A stretch of DNA of 64,000 nt from Peribolospora baueri (lineage: Eukaryota). Positions within the stretch are counted from its first letter, which is position 1, and the number at the start of each line of letters is the position of its first letter. Of the stretch, positions 20,812 through 34,700 are shown in pieces. The notes below the pieces were generated by a model. It was not told the origin of the DNA. It saw only the letters and a list, made by a program, of their open reading frames with translations, and did no database searches. The DNA is taken from contig JAMDHS010000028.1 in NCBI GenBank assembly GCA_029717555.1, positions 124,001-188,000 of the forward strand, read 5' to 3'. The position numbers and the translations under genes were made by a program.

Positions 20812-23800
20812 ATGGGCGCCGCCGTCTCTTCGACGTCGTCCGCCGAAGCCGGCAACGGCGGTCTCTACCTCGCCGATCCCGCCCGCTTCTCCATCTCCAG
20901 CCTCAAATTCGCCAGCTCCACCACCTCCGTCCATCCCTCCCTCCGAAGACCCTCGGTGGACAACGACGACGATGCCGACAACGACGACGACGACGACGAC
21001 GGGCGCTACGCCGCCTCCGTCTCCGCCGGTCCGCCGCCGTCAGCGGTGAGGACGATGACGACAGATGTGATCACCGTCAAGCCACGCACTCTTCCCCTTC
21101 CATCTTCTGCTCCTCTCTCCCGCCGATCCCAGCTACCGCCTTCGCCTTCCACGCCCTCTTTCTTCTCCTCCTCCTCCATCACCCAGGAGCTCGACCTCTG
21201 CACCTCCTCCACCCACTCTTCCTTCGACCCTCCCTCACCACCCAGCCTCTTCCATAGTCCCTACCCCCCGCCGCTCGAGCTCGTCTGTGATCCGACTCCC
21301 CCTTATGAACCCTTCGGCGCTGGCTCGGGCCACGAAGGAGGAACGGGCGAACCTACCAGCAAGCGAGTCAGCGCCGCACCGCCCTCCCTTCCTTCGACGT
21401 CGTCCGCCCAATACGCTGGCGCCGGCGCCGGCTACTCCGCCAACAACCTCCTCCTCAAGGTCTCCTTGCCCCCGCGCTCCGCTGCCCTCCTCCCCTCCCT
21501 CCTCTCCGCCGCCGCCTCCACGTCCTCTCCCCACCAAGGATACTCCGACGACGACGATCACCCTTCCCTATCTCGTCGCGAGGCCAACGCCAGAGCCGCC
21601 AACGTCGCCGCCGCCGCCGTCAAGGCCGCCAAGGCCGCCGCGGCGGTCGAGGGAGGGGCCGGGTCGACGCAGCTGTTGCTGAGCTTCAAGCTGCGCATCA
21701 CAGATCGAGATTCCAACGCCGCCTCCGATTCCCCACCCTCGCTCGCTCTTCCTGGCCCCGGCCCTTTCGGCCTCCCGTCCCCTTCCCTCCCGTCCGCCGC
21801 CGGCGGCGGCGGCGGTGGCAGCTCCCAGTCCAACGTGCATCGTCGCGACGTCGGCACCATCCTCCTCCTCCACGGCTCCAGCCCGGCCGAGCTGGAAGAG
21901 TGCATCGCCGAGGCTGCGGAGATGCTCAGACCACCCGAGGCGGACGATGGCGCCGGCGGCATAGGCGCCAGTCCCGCCCCGCCCCGCTCCGTCTCTGATC
22001 TTCCTTTTCCGTCCGTGCGCTACGATCCCATGGGCGCGAGGAGCCAGGAGATTGAATTCAACTGGGTTTGGAGGAGACCCAAAGCCCGTCGAGCCTTGTC
22101 GCGCAGCGGCGGCGGTGACGGTCCGTCTTCGAGGCGCGTCAGCCGACTTCCGTCTTCCCGGCTTGGCGTGCCTGCGATGGGAGAGCTGGCTACCGATACC
22201 GTCGGCCTTTCCGCCTCGCCCAGCGGACACGGCCAGGGAGGGCTGATGGCCAGGAGGGCTAGCAAGATGGTCGCCGCTGCTGCGGATCCTTGGGCGCCAA
22301 GCGGGTGCAGGAACTTTCTTGCCGTGAGTCGGGGGGGGGGGGGATCGCCGGCCCGGGGGCTTTGAGAGACTTGGATCTCGACGGAGCCATGGTCCTTGCG
22401 TTGCGCTGCATTGCGTTGATCGATCGCTCACCCTCTCGCTTTCTTTCTTCCCAATTACCTACCGCCCTAGTTCGTCGAATTTGATCCCGCGAACGGAACG
22501 GCCACCGTGCTGGCCAGGTTTTCTTTCTGGGTGGATTGTCCGCCGACGCTCGGCATCCCTTTCAGCAGAATCCGCGAGCTTCAAGTGCGGACGGCGACGG
22601 GGACGATGCCGCCGGAGGAGGAGGACGACGACGAGTCGCCGCCCGACACGCCGTCTCTCATCGCCAACTTTGATCAGGCGTATGCTTTCATCTTCCCGCC
22701 AGACTCGGCCGACGCCACGGCGGCGGAGGCTGCGACCGCGTCGGCCTCGGCCGCGGCCGCAGCCGCTCGTCCACTGGCAGACGCGTCGTCGTCGTCGTCT
22801 TCGAACAAGTCATCGTCATCGCCAAGCCCATATCTGTTGCCGCCCGAGACTTTGGACGCAGCGACGGATGATCGTCGTCGCCAACCGCCGTCTTCCCGTC
22901 GCCCCAGCGCGGCGGTGAACGATGCGGCGGTGAGCGACGTCAGCATCCTCGACCCGGCCATGAAAGCCTCTCCTGCTCCCGACTCGGCCGCTTCCCTTCC
23001 GCTCCCTACGTCCGCCTCGCAAGCACAAGCACACGCACAAGTACAAACACAAACGCAAACACAGTCTCGTGCTCCGAGACCGACGCCGCCTCCCGCCGGC
23101 GCCCCGCCTTCCTACCCGCCACCGCCTCCGCCAGCTGCACCGGCCATCGTCATGCCCGACGTCAAGCCGGCCGATCTGCGTTTGGACAACGCGGAGCTCT
23201 CTTCGACGTCGACCTTGGAGGACGGTCCGATCTTCCGAGCCACGTTGTCCAACCTCGAGCGACGGACGGCGATGCTCAAGAAGCTCACCAAGGCGGCGCA
23301 CAAGGCGGCGATGGACGTGCGCGCTTCGATGGTCGCCGTGGAGAGCGCCAACGAGTCGCTCACCATCGTCCTCGAGGAGCTCGGACAGGCGTTCCCTTTT
23401 ACCTTACAGGTCCTGGAGGAAGCCTATCTTCGCACCGCCAGGCGGCGCATGGCCACCTTTCGACAGCAAGAGGTGGCTCAGCTGGACGACCACGTGGTGC
23501 GGCCACTCAAGCTGGTCAACGAGCTTTGCAAGTCGGTCGAGGCGGCTCGAAAGACGTTTGACGAGGAAAGCAAGGCCTTTTATTCGTCCACCCAAAAGTG
23601 GCTCAGCGTCAACTCGAGCAAGGTCGGCAGCGACTCGACTCGACTGGCCAAGCTGGTGCGCAACGACGACAAGCAGCGCTTCCGCCAGCTGCGCTTCGAC
23701 TACCAGCGTTGCGATCTCGTCTGTCGGCTCGCCGAGCTCCACGGCGGCAAGGCCGAGCTGGACCTGCTCGGCAACTTTGTCGCCTGGGCCAACTGGCAGG

Positions 23801-23861
23801 CGTCTCTTCCGCAAATGTTCGTCGGCAACGACGTCGATCCTTCCTTTTTTTCTGCTCCACC

Positions 23862-23899
<38 letters not shown>

Positions 23900-26800
23900 A
23901 CTTGGACTTTGGACGGCTTTTGGGAAACCCGCCGTCGAAGGAGAGTCTGGAGGCGCTGGCTCGCCTTCAGGCCATCGAAGTTAGTCGACGCATGAAGATG
24001 GTAGAGGTAGAGGCTGAGTCGGCGAACAGGGAGGAACGGCGCGTCGAAGCGGATAAAAAGGCACGAGAGGCCCACTCGAGCGTCGTGCCCAACGGCAGCG
24101 CCGACTTTACCTTGGCCTCCATGGCGCCTGGCATCGGCGCCGCGGGCGGCGCGGGCGCCGGAAGCGCAGGTGGCATCGGCGCAGGTGGAGCGCTGGGCGT
24201 CGTGGGCAGCCTATCTGACGACGCCAAGGAAGCGGCCGAGGCGGTCCGGACGCGTAGCAAGCGCGTCCGACAGCTCTTCTTCCATCGAGATAGCGGTAAG
24301 AACTCGTCGGCGGCGACGACGACGACGCCCTCCACGGCCACTTTCCCCGCCGCCGCCGCCGCCTCCTCTTCCGACCAGGCCGCATCGGCGACGAACGGCC
24401 CACTGCCGACGTCGGCCCAGCGCACCCTATCGGATGCAGGTGCGAACGCGCCCAAAGCGTCAGCGGCAGCGGCGGCGCCGGCGCCGTTTGGCCACCAAGC
24501 ACAGAACGGCAGCTCTGTCTCGCTCAACGCTCTCACCGTTCCAGGCTCATCCGCCGGCGGACAGACGCAGCGCTCCGTCTCCGATACCGGTGCGGCGGGA
24601 CCGCCAGGTTCGCCAGCAGCACCGCCCGATCCTCACGTGTTCGTCTCTCCGCGCAAGAGCGTCGATAACCCCCCCACCGACGCGAGCGTCGTCACGCGGT
24701 TGGAGCCGGCGGAGCGGGCTAGGAGAGATAGGAAGAAGGAGGGTTTGTTGTGGGCTGCTGGTAAGGCGACTGGGGGAGGGCCGGCGGATCTGCCAAAGGG
24801 AGACTGGAAAGAGTGGGTCGTCCCGCTCCCTCGTGTTGCCATTTCACTCCAATCCAAAGGCTGGCTCAGACTCGGTGCCACTTTACATGGGTTAAATCGC
24901 TGACCGTTCCCTGACGCTTCCCTTTCTTTCTTTTTTTCGCGCAGATACTGGGTCGTTCTCTCCGGAGGCGGACAAATCTTCGAATTTCCCGATTGGCAAG
25001 GTCCAAAGGCGATGGAACAGAGCAATGTGCCGATTGATCTTCGGTTTGCTACTGTGAGGCCTTCTAAGGTGGACAGACGTTTTGGTGAGCGACGTTTTTT
25101 TTTTTTTTCTTCTTTTCCTTCTCTTGTCGTCTCGTATGTACGGGCCGGCGTTGTACATTGCTCACCCCTTTTTTTCTCCATTTCAGTCTTCGAGGTCATC
25201 ACGAACCGGACAAAGCGTTTCTATCAGGCACAGGACGAGACGTCTATGAAGGAATGGATCGCGGCCATCGCCAAGGCCATCGAGAGCGTCCTCAACGGCA
25301 CCTCGACCATCCGGCCGTCCGACAAGTTCCGTGAGGACGCACCGGACGGCGTCGATGGCTTTGGCGCCCGCAAATTGGGTGATCCTTCGCCGTCGATCCA
25401 GAGCCTCAGCGAGGCTGCCGCCGCCGGCGCCACCCGTCCGTCCTTCTTCTCCCATGCTGACCGGAACGAGCGGAGCCGGTTCGTCGGCGCCGGAAGCGGC
25501 GTCGGTGGTCACTTTGGTTCACTTTCCGAAGGCGCCCCCGCGTCTGGCCGTTTGGCGCATCACGACCGAGGCATTTCCAACCACACCCCCGCCGGCTACA
25601 TTCCACCTTCTCCTCCGACCACCGTCTCCAAGGCCACCACCGTTCCGCTTTCTCGTAGGTTTTCACGCCACGGCGGTGGCGGTGGCGGTGGTGGTGGTGG
25701 TGGCGGTGGAAGGGAGAGCGCGGAGACTATGGAAGACCTTGAAAGCGACGAGTTCGATCGTCGGATCGAGGAGAACGTGCTCGACATGGCCGGTCAGAGG
25801 ATTCGTACCCATTCGAACGCACAACCTTCCTCTCAGCCGCCACCGCCGCCCTCACAGCCAGGGCCGTCCCGGTTCGCCCCATCGACGGCTGCCGAGAACG
25901 CAGTCAAGGTCCAGCGCATCCTTTTGCGACCGTCCAACTCGGTTTGCGCAGACTGTCGAGCGCCTGGTGAGTAGTCTCCCGTCGATGTAGCTCACATGGC
26001 AGATTCGCTCGTGGACGTTGCGCCAGAACTGATTTTTCCATCCTTCTCATCATCATCTACAGACCCGAAATGGGCATCTGTAGCTCTCGGCTCGCGGTTG
26101 TGCGTCATTTTCGTCTGCATCCGGTGCTCAGGCGCACATCGCTCTTTGGGCACGCACATCACACGGATCAAGTCTGTCGACCTCGACGACTGGACAGACG
26201 AACAGGTCGAGGCTGCGAGCGAATGGGGCAACGAGAAGGCTAATGCGTGAGTGTGACCGAGTCTTAGGGATCCGGTACCCCAAGGTGACCGTCCGTGGCA
26301 CGCGACTGACGGCGCTCGCCCTCTCTTCTGATTGATGTCTTGCGCCTCAGCTACTGGGAATTCCGCAAGCCCGAAGACGTCTTCCCAACTGATCAAGATC
26401 GCTCGTTCTGGCACAAAAAGTACGTTCACAGGGTGTGGGCCGCTGGAGGTCCGCCGCCGGGCAAGCCGATCGACGGCGGCGTCGCCGCGTCGACGAAATC
26501 GCCCAACCTCGGCTCTGACGAGCCGACCGTACGACGTGCTCCGCCCCAACAATCACAACAACAACCACCATCATCACCACAACAACCACCGCAACCACAA
26601 CCACAACCACCACAACAAGTTCATCATCATCCGTACGCTAACCCGGACAACGCACCCAAATGGGGAAGCTCGCCTCCCTCGGATCCGTACAACCGGCGGG
26701 AAGGTCCGACAAGCCCGCGGCTCGGCAATGCGTTCGGCCTTGTATCGCCGTCCGCAAGCACGACGAGCTTTCGAAACAACTCCTCATCCGCCCTATCTAA

Positions 26801-26999
26801 GGTGAACACAGGCGCCGGTGGCTCTTCGACGGCCGTCGGGTCAAGTTCGGCGTCCGTCACCTCTTCGGAGAGCAAGGACACGACCGGCTCGAGCAAGCGC
26901 ACCAAAAAGTCGAGGTCGAGCTCGAATCGGACGCTGACGGGAGAGGAGAGCAAAAAGGTGTCCAAAGCGATCGCCAACTTGTCGTCGACGTTTGGATGA
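20812..26999 (+). CDS. BAR-PH-ArfGAP protein (centaurin-beta/ACAP type; fungal Csx2/Age1-like) with a long low-complexity N-terminus, ~6 exons
   Basis: BAR start EDGPIFRATLSNLERRT; PH domain KKEGLLWA...YWVVL...IDLRFATVR...FEVIT...FYQA...EWIAAIAKAIES; ArfGAP CADC...[26 protein letters not shown]...GNEKANA|YWE. The start codon is uncertain. Confidence 0.9.
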
Positions 27000-27655
27000 T
27001 GTTGATGATGTGGCCCGCCGACGACACCGCTCCCTTCCTTTCCCTCTCCGTCTCTCCTCTATCTGCCTCCCTGTTGCCTTTTTGCTTGCGAGGCGTGCAG
27101 CACTCGCTCCCTCATTACAACCCGTCCCCGTCTCCCCTTGTTAGAACCCTGGCTCCCGCCGCCGATCGCGAGGCGATCCTCTCTCCATACCTTTGCTTCC
27201 GATTTCTTTGTGGTTTCCTTGTGGCGCTCCTCGTCTATCGCTCGCTCGCTCTTGCTGCTCTACGCCACATCATCCCACGCATCATGCAATCGGATTGGAC
27301 TTTTTATACGTAATCTTTTTCCGTTTTCTTGTATCTCTTTCCTTTCTTCCCTCATGATAAACGGGGCTCGGCAGAGATGGCCAGCCACGGCAGGACAGAC
27401 AGACAGACAGACAGACAGACGGAAGATAGATGCGTTGCTTGCTTGCTGCACATAAGTCCAAGACACAAAAAGCCGCACTACTCCCCCTCCCCCTCCCTCC
27501 CTCCCTCCACTTCCACTTTCCACCTCCGAAACCCCACTCCTAACGAGATTCATACATGCAACGGACCGGATCGGATCGGATCGGAAGGAAAGAGAGACAC
27601 GGACGGGCGAGCGGATGGGCAGGTAAGCGGACGGTCGTACGTGGGGGGGGGGAGC

Positions 27656-27728
27656 AAAAAACAAAAAAAGAAAAAAAAAGAAAAAAAAAGAAAAAAGAAA
27701 AAGAGAAAAAAAAAAGAAAAAGAGAAAA
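27656..27728. repeat. A-rich polypurine tract between convergent 3' ends
   Basis: About 73 nt of almost only A/G (A runs broken by single G or C), preceded by a G10 run. Confidence 0.85.
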
Positions 27729-27963
27729 CGGTCGCTGCGGGATGGATGGCTCAGCTCGAGTGGGAGAGGAAACTGGTGGTATATCGGCCGGCGGGATCCG
27801 CATCCATGAGGAGAGACAAAAAGGAGAAACCGAGGGGAAGAGGAGTCGAGCCGGTCGATGCTTCCTCTACATGCACATGTACACGTACCGCCACGGTACT
27901 TGGGCGCTCCAGTCCTGCTGTCGCTTGCCACAGCACAGGGCACATCACGGCACGGCACTGCTG

Positions 27964-29460
27964 CTACTGCTCTTCTTCCGCGCTGACGAGATCGACATAG
28001 GCCTCTGGCACGAGCCCCGTTCTCGTCCGCGTCGTCGAATCGCCGCGTACCTCGCCATCCCCTCCTCTCTCGCCTTCCTTCGCCTCCGATAGTCTCGGTT
28101 GAGGCACGCTCTTCTCAGCGATGAACCAACCACCGTCGATGGCGCCCACGACGCGAATCTGCTCCCCTTCTTCTAGACTCAACTCCGTTTCCGCCTCGGC
28201 CTGGAAGGCGTAAATGGCGATGTACGTGCCAGGGACGTACGACAACGACTCCTCCTGCCCTCGCCCTTGCCCCTGACCGACTAATGACGCATCACCGCCA
28301 ACGGAAGGGCGATGGAAGCCGGCATCGTCATCGTACCCCTGCCCGTCGTCATCATCGTCGTCGTCGTCGTCGATCCCCCAGTCGTGCTCCGAGTGCCCAC
28401 CTTCGGGATCGTGGAGATCCCCCTCGCTCCACCGCCCCATCATCCCGCCGTAGTAACCGCCGAAGCCTATGACGCCGCCCTGAGATAGACTTGGATCCCT
28501 GGTGCCAGTGTGCCGAGGGTCGTCTTCTGGGAAGGCGAAGTCGCGCACCTTGACGGGTGGGAGTTGCGGGGGGTCGCGGAGGACGGAAGAGCGTCTGCGG
28601 TGGTGACTCGACGCGCGGCGGGAGGAGGCGGACGAGGCAAAGGAATATTGCGAGCTGACCGACGTGCCAAGCTGCTGCGACGCCGAGAGCGCCGTGCCGA
28701 CCTTGGAGCTCCGTCGCGAGTGGCCCGGCGCCCATTGGTCGACGGAAGAACGTGAGCGCGGTCGAGATCCGGCCGAGTTGGGAGCCGCCGACGTTCCTGC
28801 GGCCCCAGATCCGGTGGCGCCGGAGGAGGAAGAAGGGAAGATGGTGGAGGTGCGCCGAGAGTTGGAGGTGGACGTGGACGTGGACGTGGAGGATTGGAAT
28901 AATTGAGAGGGCTGACGAAGCATGGCTGCATCGAGGGGGACGGACGGCGGACGGGAAGGTGGGTTGGAGGACCGGCGCGAGTGGGTGCCGGATGGGGGAC
29001 GCGAGCTACGACCGGAGTCGTTGTTGCGCAGCGACGAGGTAGAGGAGGAGAGCGAGGACGATCTGCCGCCTAACTGGCCGCCCTGGCTGTCTCTGGGGCT
29101 GCAAGTGGCCAATTCGCGGGAAGAAGACGACGAGGAGGACGAGGCATGGAGATCGGCGACGGATGGTCGGGGAGTGACGCTCGGCTCGCCCTTTGTCGTC
29201 TCTGCGTTTGGAGGATCGACAGGGCTGTCGGCGCCTGTCGCCTTTTTCGATCCGTTGCCCTTGGGTGCCGGTGCGAGGGTCCAATCCTCGGGAGGAGGGA
29301 CGAAACCGCCAGAGGGAGAAGGGTAGAGCGTCTCTCCAGGCGGGACGCCGAGCTCAGGTTCCGGGGTGAATGGCGAGGCGACCTGACCGGCGGTCAAAGG
29401 CGGAGAAGCAAGGTTGGCTGTGGGCGGGGAAGGGACAAAGGAAGCAGAAGGTTCAGCCAT
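27964..29460 (-). CDS. NBP2: NBP2-like SH3 adaptor (HOG pathway) with a long Ser-rich N-terminus
   Basis: VKVRDFAFPEDDPRHTG resembles the Nbp2 RDFAY..P.H.G motif, followed by an acidic linker and a C-terminal SH3 (YIAIYAFQAEAETELSLEEGEQI...GWFIA...TGLVPEAYV). The true start may lie upstream. Confidence 0.75.
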   Translation of the reverse strand: MAEPSASFVPSPPTANLASPPLTAGQVASPFTPEPELGVPPGETLYPSPSGGFVPPPEDWTLAPAPKGNGSKKATGADSPVDPPNAETTKGEPSVTPRPSVADLHASSSSSSSSRELATCSPRDSQGGQLGGRSSSLSSSTSSLRNNDSGRSSRPPSGTHSRRSSNPPSRPPSVPLDAAMLRQPSQLFQSSTSTSTSTSNSRRTSTIFPSSSSGATGSGAAGTSAAPNSAGSRPRSRSSVDQWAPGHSRRSSKVGTALSASQQLGTSVSSQYSFASSASSRRASSHHRRRSSVLRDPPQLPPVKVRDFAFPEDDPRHTGTRDPSLSQGGVIGFGGYYGGMMGRWSEGDLHDPEGGHSEHDWGIDDDDDDDDDGQGYDDDAGFHRPSVGGDASLVGQGQGRGQEESLSYVPGTYIAIYAFQAEAETELSLEEGEQIRVVGAIDGGWFIAEKSVPQPRLSEAKEGERGGDGEVRGDSTTRTRTGLVPEAYVDLVSAEEEQ

Positions 29461-30029
29461 CGTGGGCGCGACGCTGATTGGCGGAAAGAAGGGGGTATAG
29501 AAGGAAAAGGGAGCGGAGAGGGTAGGAGGAGAAGGTGAGATGGAGGCAACGACGGGTTGGCGTCGTGGCGCGCTCATCAACACCGCCGCGCGAGCTAACG
29601 CTCGATTCCTGCCGCAGCACCGCAAGATTCGGGTGGAATAGAAAATGACCGAGAGATGGGGAGAGAAAGATGAAGCAGGCAAGAGGAGAGGAAAAGGAGG
29701 ACGAACGGCAGGGACGGAAGGGAAGAATGATAAAAAAACCATATTGTGCGACGGGATGAAGAGAAAGCAAAGGGAAAAGAAGGCAGGCCCGTCTCGGTTT
29801 CACCAGAAGGAGCGCACGCGACCGACTCCAACGGCGGACGAACGACGAGAAGGAGTCAAGGTAGTGGAGAGGAAAAGGAGGCGGACGCGTTCCCCTAGGG
29901 AGGCCCATCCATGTGCCCCATGCGCGGCGATCCAAGACGATGAAAAAAATAGCGAAGCGATAGAGAAAAGGGGAGCACAGAGAGAGAACGAGAAATGGGA
30001 AAGGACGACCCTGGAAGGAAGGACTCACC

Positions 30030-30638
30030 AAGCGGATTCGAGGCGAGATCGCTGGCGGTGCTGGTGGCCGTAGCGGGCGTCATGACGGCCATGAGATCGC
30101 GTGCGCTCGTCGGTGTCCTGAGATTACGGCCGGCGATGATGGAGGCCACTGTGGGCGTCTTGACGACTTCCAGCGTTTCCTCCGCCTCTTCTTCCTCGCC
30201 CCCGTCTTCGCCCTTTTCCTTCTTCGCCCCCCATCGCTGTGCCGCGGGCGCCGCCGGTCCAGCGCGAACATCGTCCGAGTCACCATCTCCCCGTCGCCTC
30301 ACCTCCTCTCCTTGCCTCCTCTCCGCGTCGTCAAAGAAGCCACCGCCCAAGACGGCAGAAGGAGGTGGCGGCACCGTCCCGTCCCTCCAACCGCCATCCC
30401 CCGCCGCGGCCGCGGCCGCGGCCTCCTTCTCCCGTCGTCGCTGCACATCCGCCGGTTGGATCTTGCCGTTGAGCAGGTCCCGGACGGTGTTGGGCGAGGG
30501 GGGAATGAACGGAGCCGGCGGTGATGAAGAGGAGGAGCCGGTGAGAGCGGAACGTGGCTCGCAAGATCCGACGTCGACGTCGGCGGTGTTGCGGCGCATC
30601 GTCGTCGTCGTCGTCGTCGTCGTCACCGACGTGACCAT
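30030..30638 (-). CDS. Hypothetical low-complexity exon, possibly an upstream exon of the NBP2-like gene
   Basis: Open frame MVTSVTTT...SNPL ending at a strong G|GTGAGT donor near 30029, on the same strand as NBP2. I could not find a convincing phase-matched acceptor by eye. Confidence 0.4.
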
Positions 30639-31795
30639 GCGCTGTGCTCTGCGGTCTGTAGCTTCGCTTCCGAGCTCAGTCGCCGCTTCAGGTGACGATG
30701 CGGGTGGACGCTCGGCCGAGGAGAGAAGTGTCGGAGAGGGGGTAAATCGAGGCGGGCTGTAGGGCGAAGGCCAGAGGGCGTGGCGGAAAGGGATGGGGAA
30801 AAGGATTGTATTGTAGCGACGTGACGAGGGCGGAAGGGGTGGAGGGGAGAAAGGCAAAGGGCAAGGAAGGAGGGAAGGGTTGTTGTTGGCTACGGCGCGT
30901 GGGGTCGGTCGGTCGTCGCCGGACCCGGACGAAAAGTGGTTCGTTCGTGCGTCGGCGTCGGCGCGATGGGAAGGGATGAGGATGGGGGGGCTCGTGCTCG
31001 GACTGGGACTGGGACTGGGACGAGGATAGGATGACGATCGGAGGGGTGTATGTGGACGGCGAGACGAGACGATTGACGTCTTTCGTTTTCCTCTATTTTT
31101 CTCTTCGTCGCCGCCGGCTCAACTCGCTCGCTCGCTCGACCTGACCGACCGACCGGACTGGACTGGACTTGACTTGACTGGCCCGCCCGACTTGGAGTTC
31201 TATTCTAATAGAAGTAGCCACCCCGTGCTAGCTACGAATTCAGAACCCGACATCGCCGAAACTGCGTCCGGGCGCCCCGAGGAAATAATAGTAAAAGACA
31301 TGCAAAGGCGCCGAGGAATTAGAACAAAGCATGCAAAAACGCAAATGCTTTTATTACTGGCAACCGAACTAAGATCCACACCACCTCATGCCACGTGGCG
31401 CGCCCGCGGACGCCCGGCGCCCGGCGCCCGACGCTCGACGCCCCCACCGAACGCCGCCGCCCTCGCGATTGTTTCCTCTTTGAACGCCGATGTGGAGCCC
31501 ACCCTGTTAACGAGCGCGCCCGTAATAAACTACGTAGCTGATTGGTCGCACACACACAGCAGTCGGCCGTCGCCCGGTCCCCTTTCTACCTTTCTAAGAT
31601 GCGCGCGTGCTTGCGATTGCAGACAGGCAAACGGACGGACGGACAGAGAGAGAGACAGACGGACGGACCGTGGTGATAGTTAGTTAGCTAGGTAGGGAGG
31701 TAGGCAGGCGCGTCGGCCAGGAGGCAGGGGAGAAGGCAGACGAGCCCAGTCCGAGCCGTCAGACGCCCCAGCGAGAACAAAGTCGAGAATCGACT

Positions 31796-34700
31796 TCAGA
31801 ACCCCCTCAGACCAAGCACGCGTCTGACATCGCTCGTGAATCGGAGCGAGTCGAGCATGGGCAGCAGGTCGAGCAGTGCTTCGTCGTTTGGGTCGTGCGT
31901 CCATCCTTCGATGGGGATGCCGTTGGCTGTTTAAAGAGGAGGGAGGGTGGAAAGGAGAACATTCGACTGAGCACCGTCAACAGCTTTGGGCGAACCAGAA
32001 CCGGTACAGCTGACTACGATGGGAACGGCCTGGAAACCCGAACCCACCCTGATTGCGCACATAGCTGTGCGGAGAGTTGTCGACCAGGCACACCCTGCTC
32101 AGATCCGGATCGACGACCTCGAGCCGCTTGACGTACGAGCCGTTCTGGTACGAACAGGACTGCCAATTCGATGCGGATGCCACCGACGACAGCCAGATCA
32201 GGAAGGAAAGATGGGCGGACGGATGAGCGAGGGAGCAAGAGAGTGGGAAAGCACAGATGACGGCGGAGTGAAATTTAGGACGAGCGGGCTAACCTCACCT
32301 CTCTAAAGAGCCTGCCGCCGATAAGGCCCCGTCCCTGATCCAGCCAATCGATCACCGGGTCGGCGTATTCCTGCATCGAGGCGGTGAAGATGACGACGTG
32401 ATACCACGTCGCGACCTGTTGGTGCAAGAGAGGCGGACGTCGATAGAGCAAGGTCCAAGAAAGGAGGATGCGAGACGAGTCGACAAACGAAGAAGGAAGA
32501 CACATTAGGCCAACCGACAAACGTCAATGAGACAGAGAGAAGGGTGACGACCGACCTTTCTCAGGAAAAAGTCGACAAACGGCCTCTTGTAGACGTGGTA
32601 CAGCACGCTTCTCCCATCGAGGACGACCTCGACCATATGCGCTTTGATGCCTCTTCCACCCGCCCCTCCCCAACCCCCACCGGCGCCCCCTCCCTTCAAG
32701 CCCAACATGCCGCGTAGGCTGAACCCTTCAAAGCCGAGCAGCGACCCTCCATGGGACGAGCGCATGCTTGCGCCCGGTCCGCCGCCCTTTCTGGATCGGT
32801 AGTACGAGGGGGGGCGGGAGGTGGAATGGATGAGCGTCTCGTCGAGATCTAGGATGAGGATCTTGCGTGGCAGCGAGGAAAGGTGCAATGGGTTGGGCCG
32901 AGGCAGAGTGGCGCTCGAAGGCGGCGACATCGACGTCTTCCCCCGCTTCTCGCCGTCCTCCTTGACCGCGGAAGGGGACGGGGAGCGCGTGATGATTATT
33001 GAGCCCGTGGGCCCCGCCTCGGTGGGGTACGTACGCTTGGCCGCCACATCTTTCTCCTCGTCCAGTACTGACGGGTGGGCGTCGATGATCGCAGTAGCGG
33101 TGGCAGGCCCTGAACGGTCCTTGGTGACGGCCGTAATGTCAGGCAAAGACGTCGTTCCAACGTTGCGCCTCCCCTCCATCTGCTCTCCCTCCTCTTCCTC
33201 CACCTCCACCTTCTCGCCCTTATTCCCTCCATCTCCTCGGCCGACCTTGCGGCGGCCAGCTTCATGAGCGAGCAACGGGTCCACGGGCTGCGGATTCGGA
33301 AGAAGCGCGCTCTTCTTCCTCGGCAGGCCTCCTTGTGGTCCTCGTGGTCTTTCTCCTCGGCCTACCTCACGTTCAGCAGCGGACACTTCGGTTTCCCGTT
33401 CGGACTGACGCCGACGCCGGCGCAGTTCCTCGTCGTCCGAGCCGATCTCATCATCCTCCTCCTCCTCTTCCTCCTCTTCTGCCTGGCCATCCTCGCTCGT
33501 TTGCCTCTCTTCCTCACCACTCAATAGAGCGACGTCCAGCTCTTGCCCCTCCCCATCCCCGTCGTCCTGCTCCGCTCCGTCATCCTCCTCTGCCTCCTCG
33601 TCCGCCCCCTCCACCTTGTCCCTCTTCTCGCCGCTCATGACGTCGCCCGACCAACTACGCCTGCGCAACGGCGAAGGCGTCGGGACGCGAGGTCTGGCCT
33701 TGCCTCTGACTTTTCCAGTTGCCCCACCGCCAGCGCCAGAAGCGGAAGTGGAAGAACCAGAGGTTGCTGCGGAAGGGAGGGAGATGCGACCGGACTTGAG
33801 AGAGGAGGGGGCGGGCGCCAGGACGAACGAGAGGGTCGGTGATCGTCTGGCGGAGGCAGGCAGAGAGGAAGACGTGGGAGAGTTTGGAGTTGGAGAAGGG
33901 TCGGTATCCGGAGCCGGAGGGACGGGGACAGACCGGGAAGATGCCAGTAGCTCCGACGCCGGCGCCGATGGAGGCGCGCGAGCCACGAACGGGTCAAAAG
34001 GCTCGTCTTCGCTCTCCGCCTCGTCCGACTCCTTCTCAAGTAGCTCTTCCCTCTCCCCGCCCTCTCGTTCCGCGACTTTTACCCGTCTGCCTCCTTCCAT
34101 CCAGGCCTTCCGCCAGAGCCAGCGAACAGCGAGGAACGGGGAGAGGAGGACGGAGAGGACGAGGCGGACGAGGAAGGAGATGGCAAGCCAGAGCCAGTAG
34201 AATGGGTAGAAAGGGTAGAGAAGGAAACGTCGCTTGCGTCGCCGAGGCAAAGGAGACGGCTCGTCTGAAAGGCCGTAACCCTCCTCCGACCGCCGTTCCG
34301 TCGCGTTTTCCCCATCCACAGAGCCGCGCGACGGGGAATCGGCATCATTGAACGACGGGTGAGAGCCGACTGAGGCAACATGAGCGCCGTCCGGCGACGG
34401 TGCATCCTCGTGAGCTAGAGTAAGGGCGCCCACAGAAGGCGACATGTCCGTTACGGGCGTGTCAGTGCAGGTACCGTCCCTACTGTCCGTAGTCACCGGG
34501 ATGAGGGGCGAGGCGATGGCCGGACGATCCTCGTACCGATTGCCGTCCACGGACGTCGAAGAAGACGCCGAGCCGACCATTTCCAATCTCGAAGGCCCGA
34601 CGTCGGATTGTTCATCATCCAACTGGAGGCCGAGCAAACCTTCCGTCTCCTCCTCGCTCTCGTCGGCCTCGCCTCCGCCCTGACGCTTCGCCTTTTCTTT

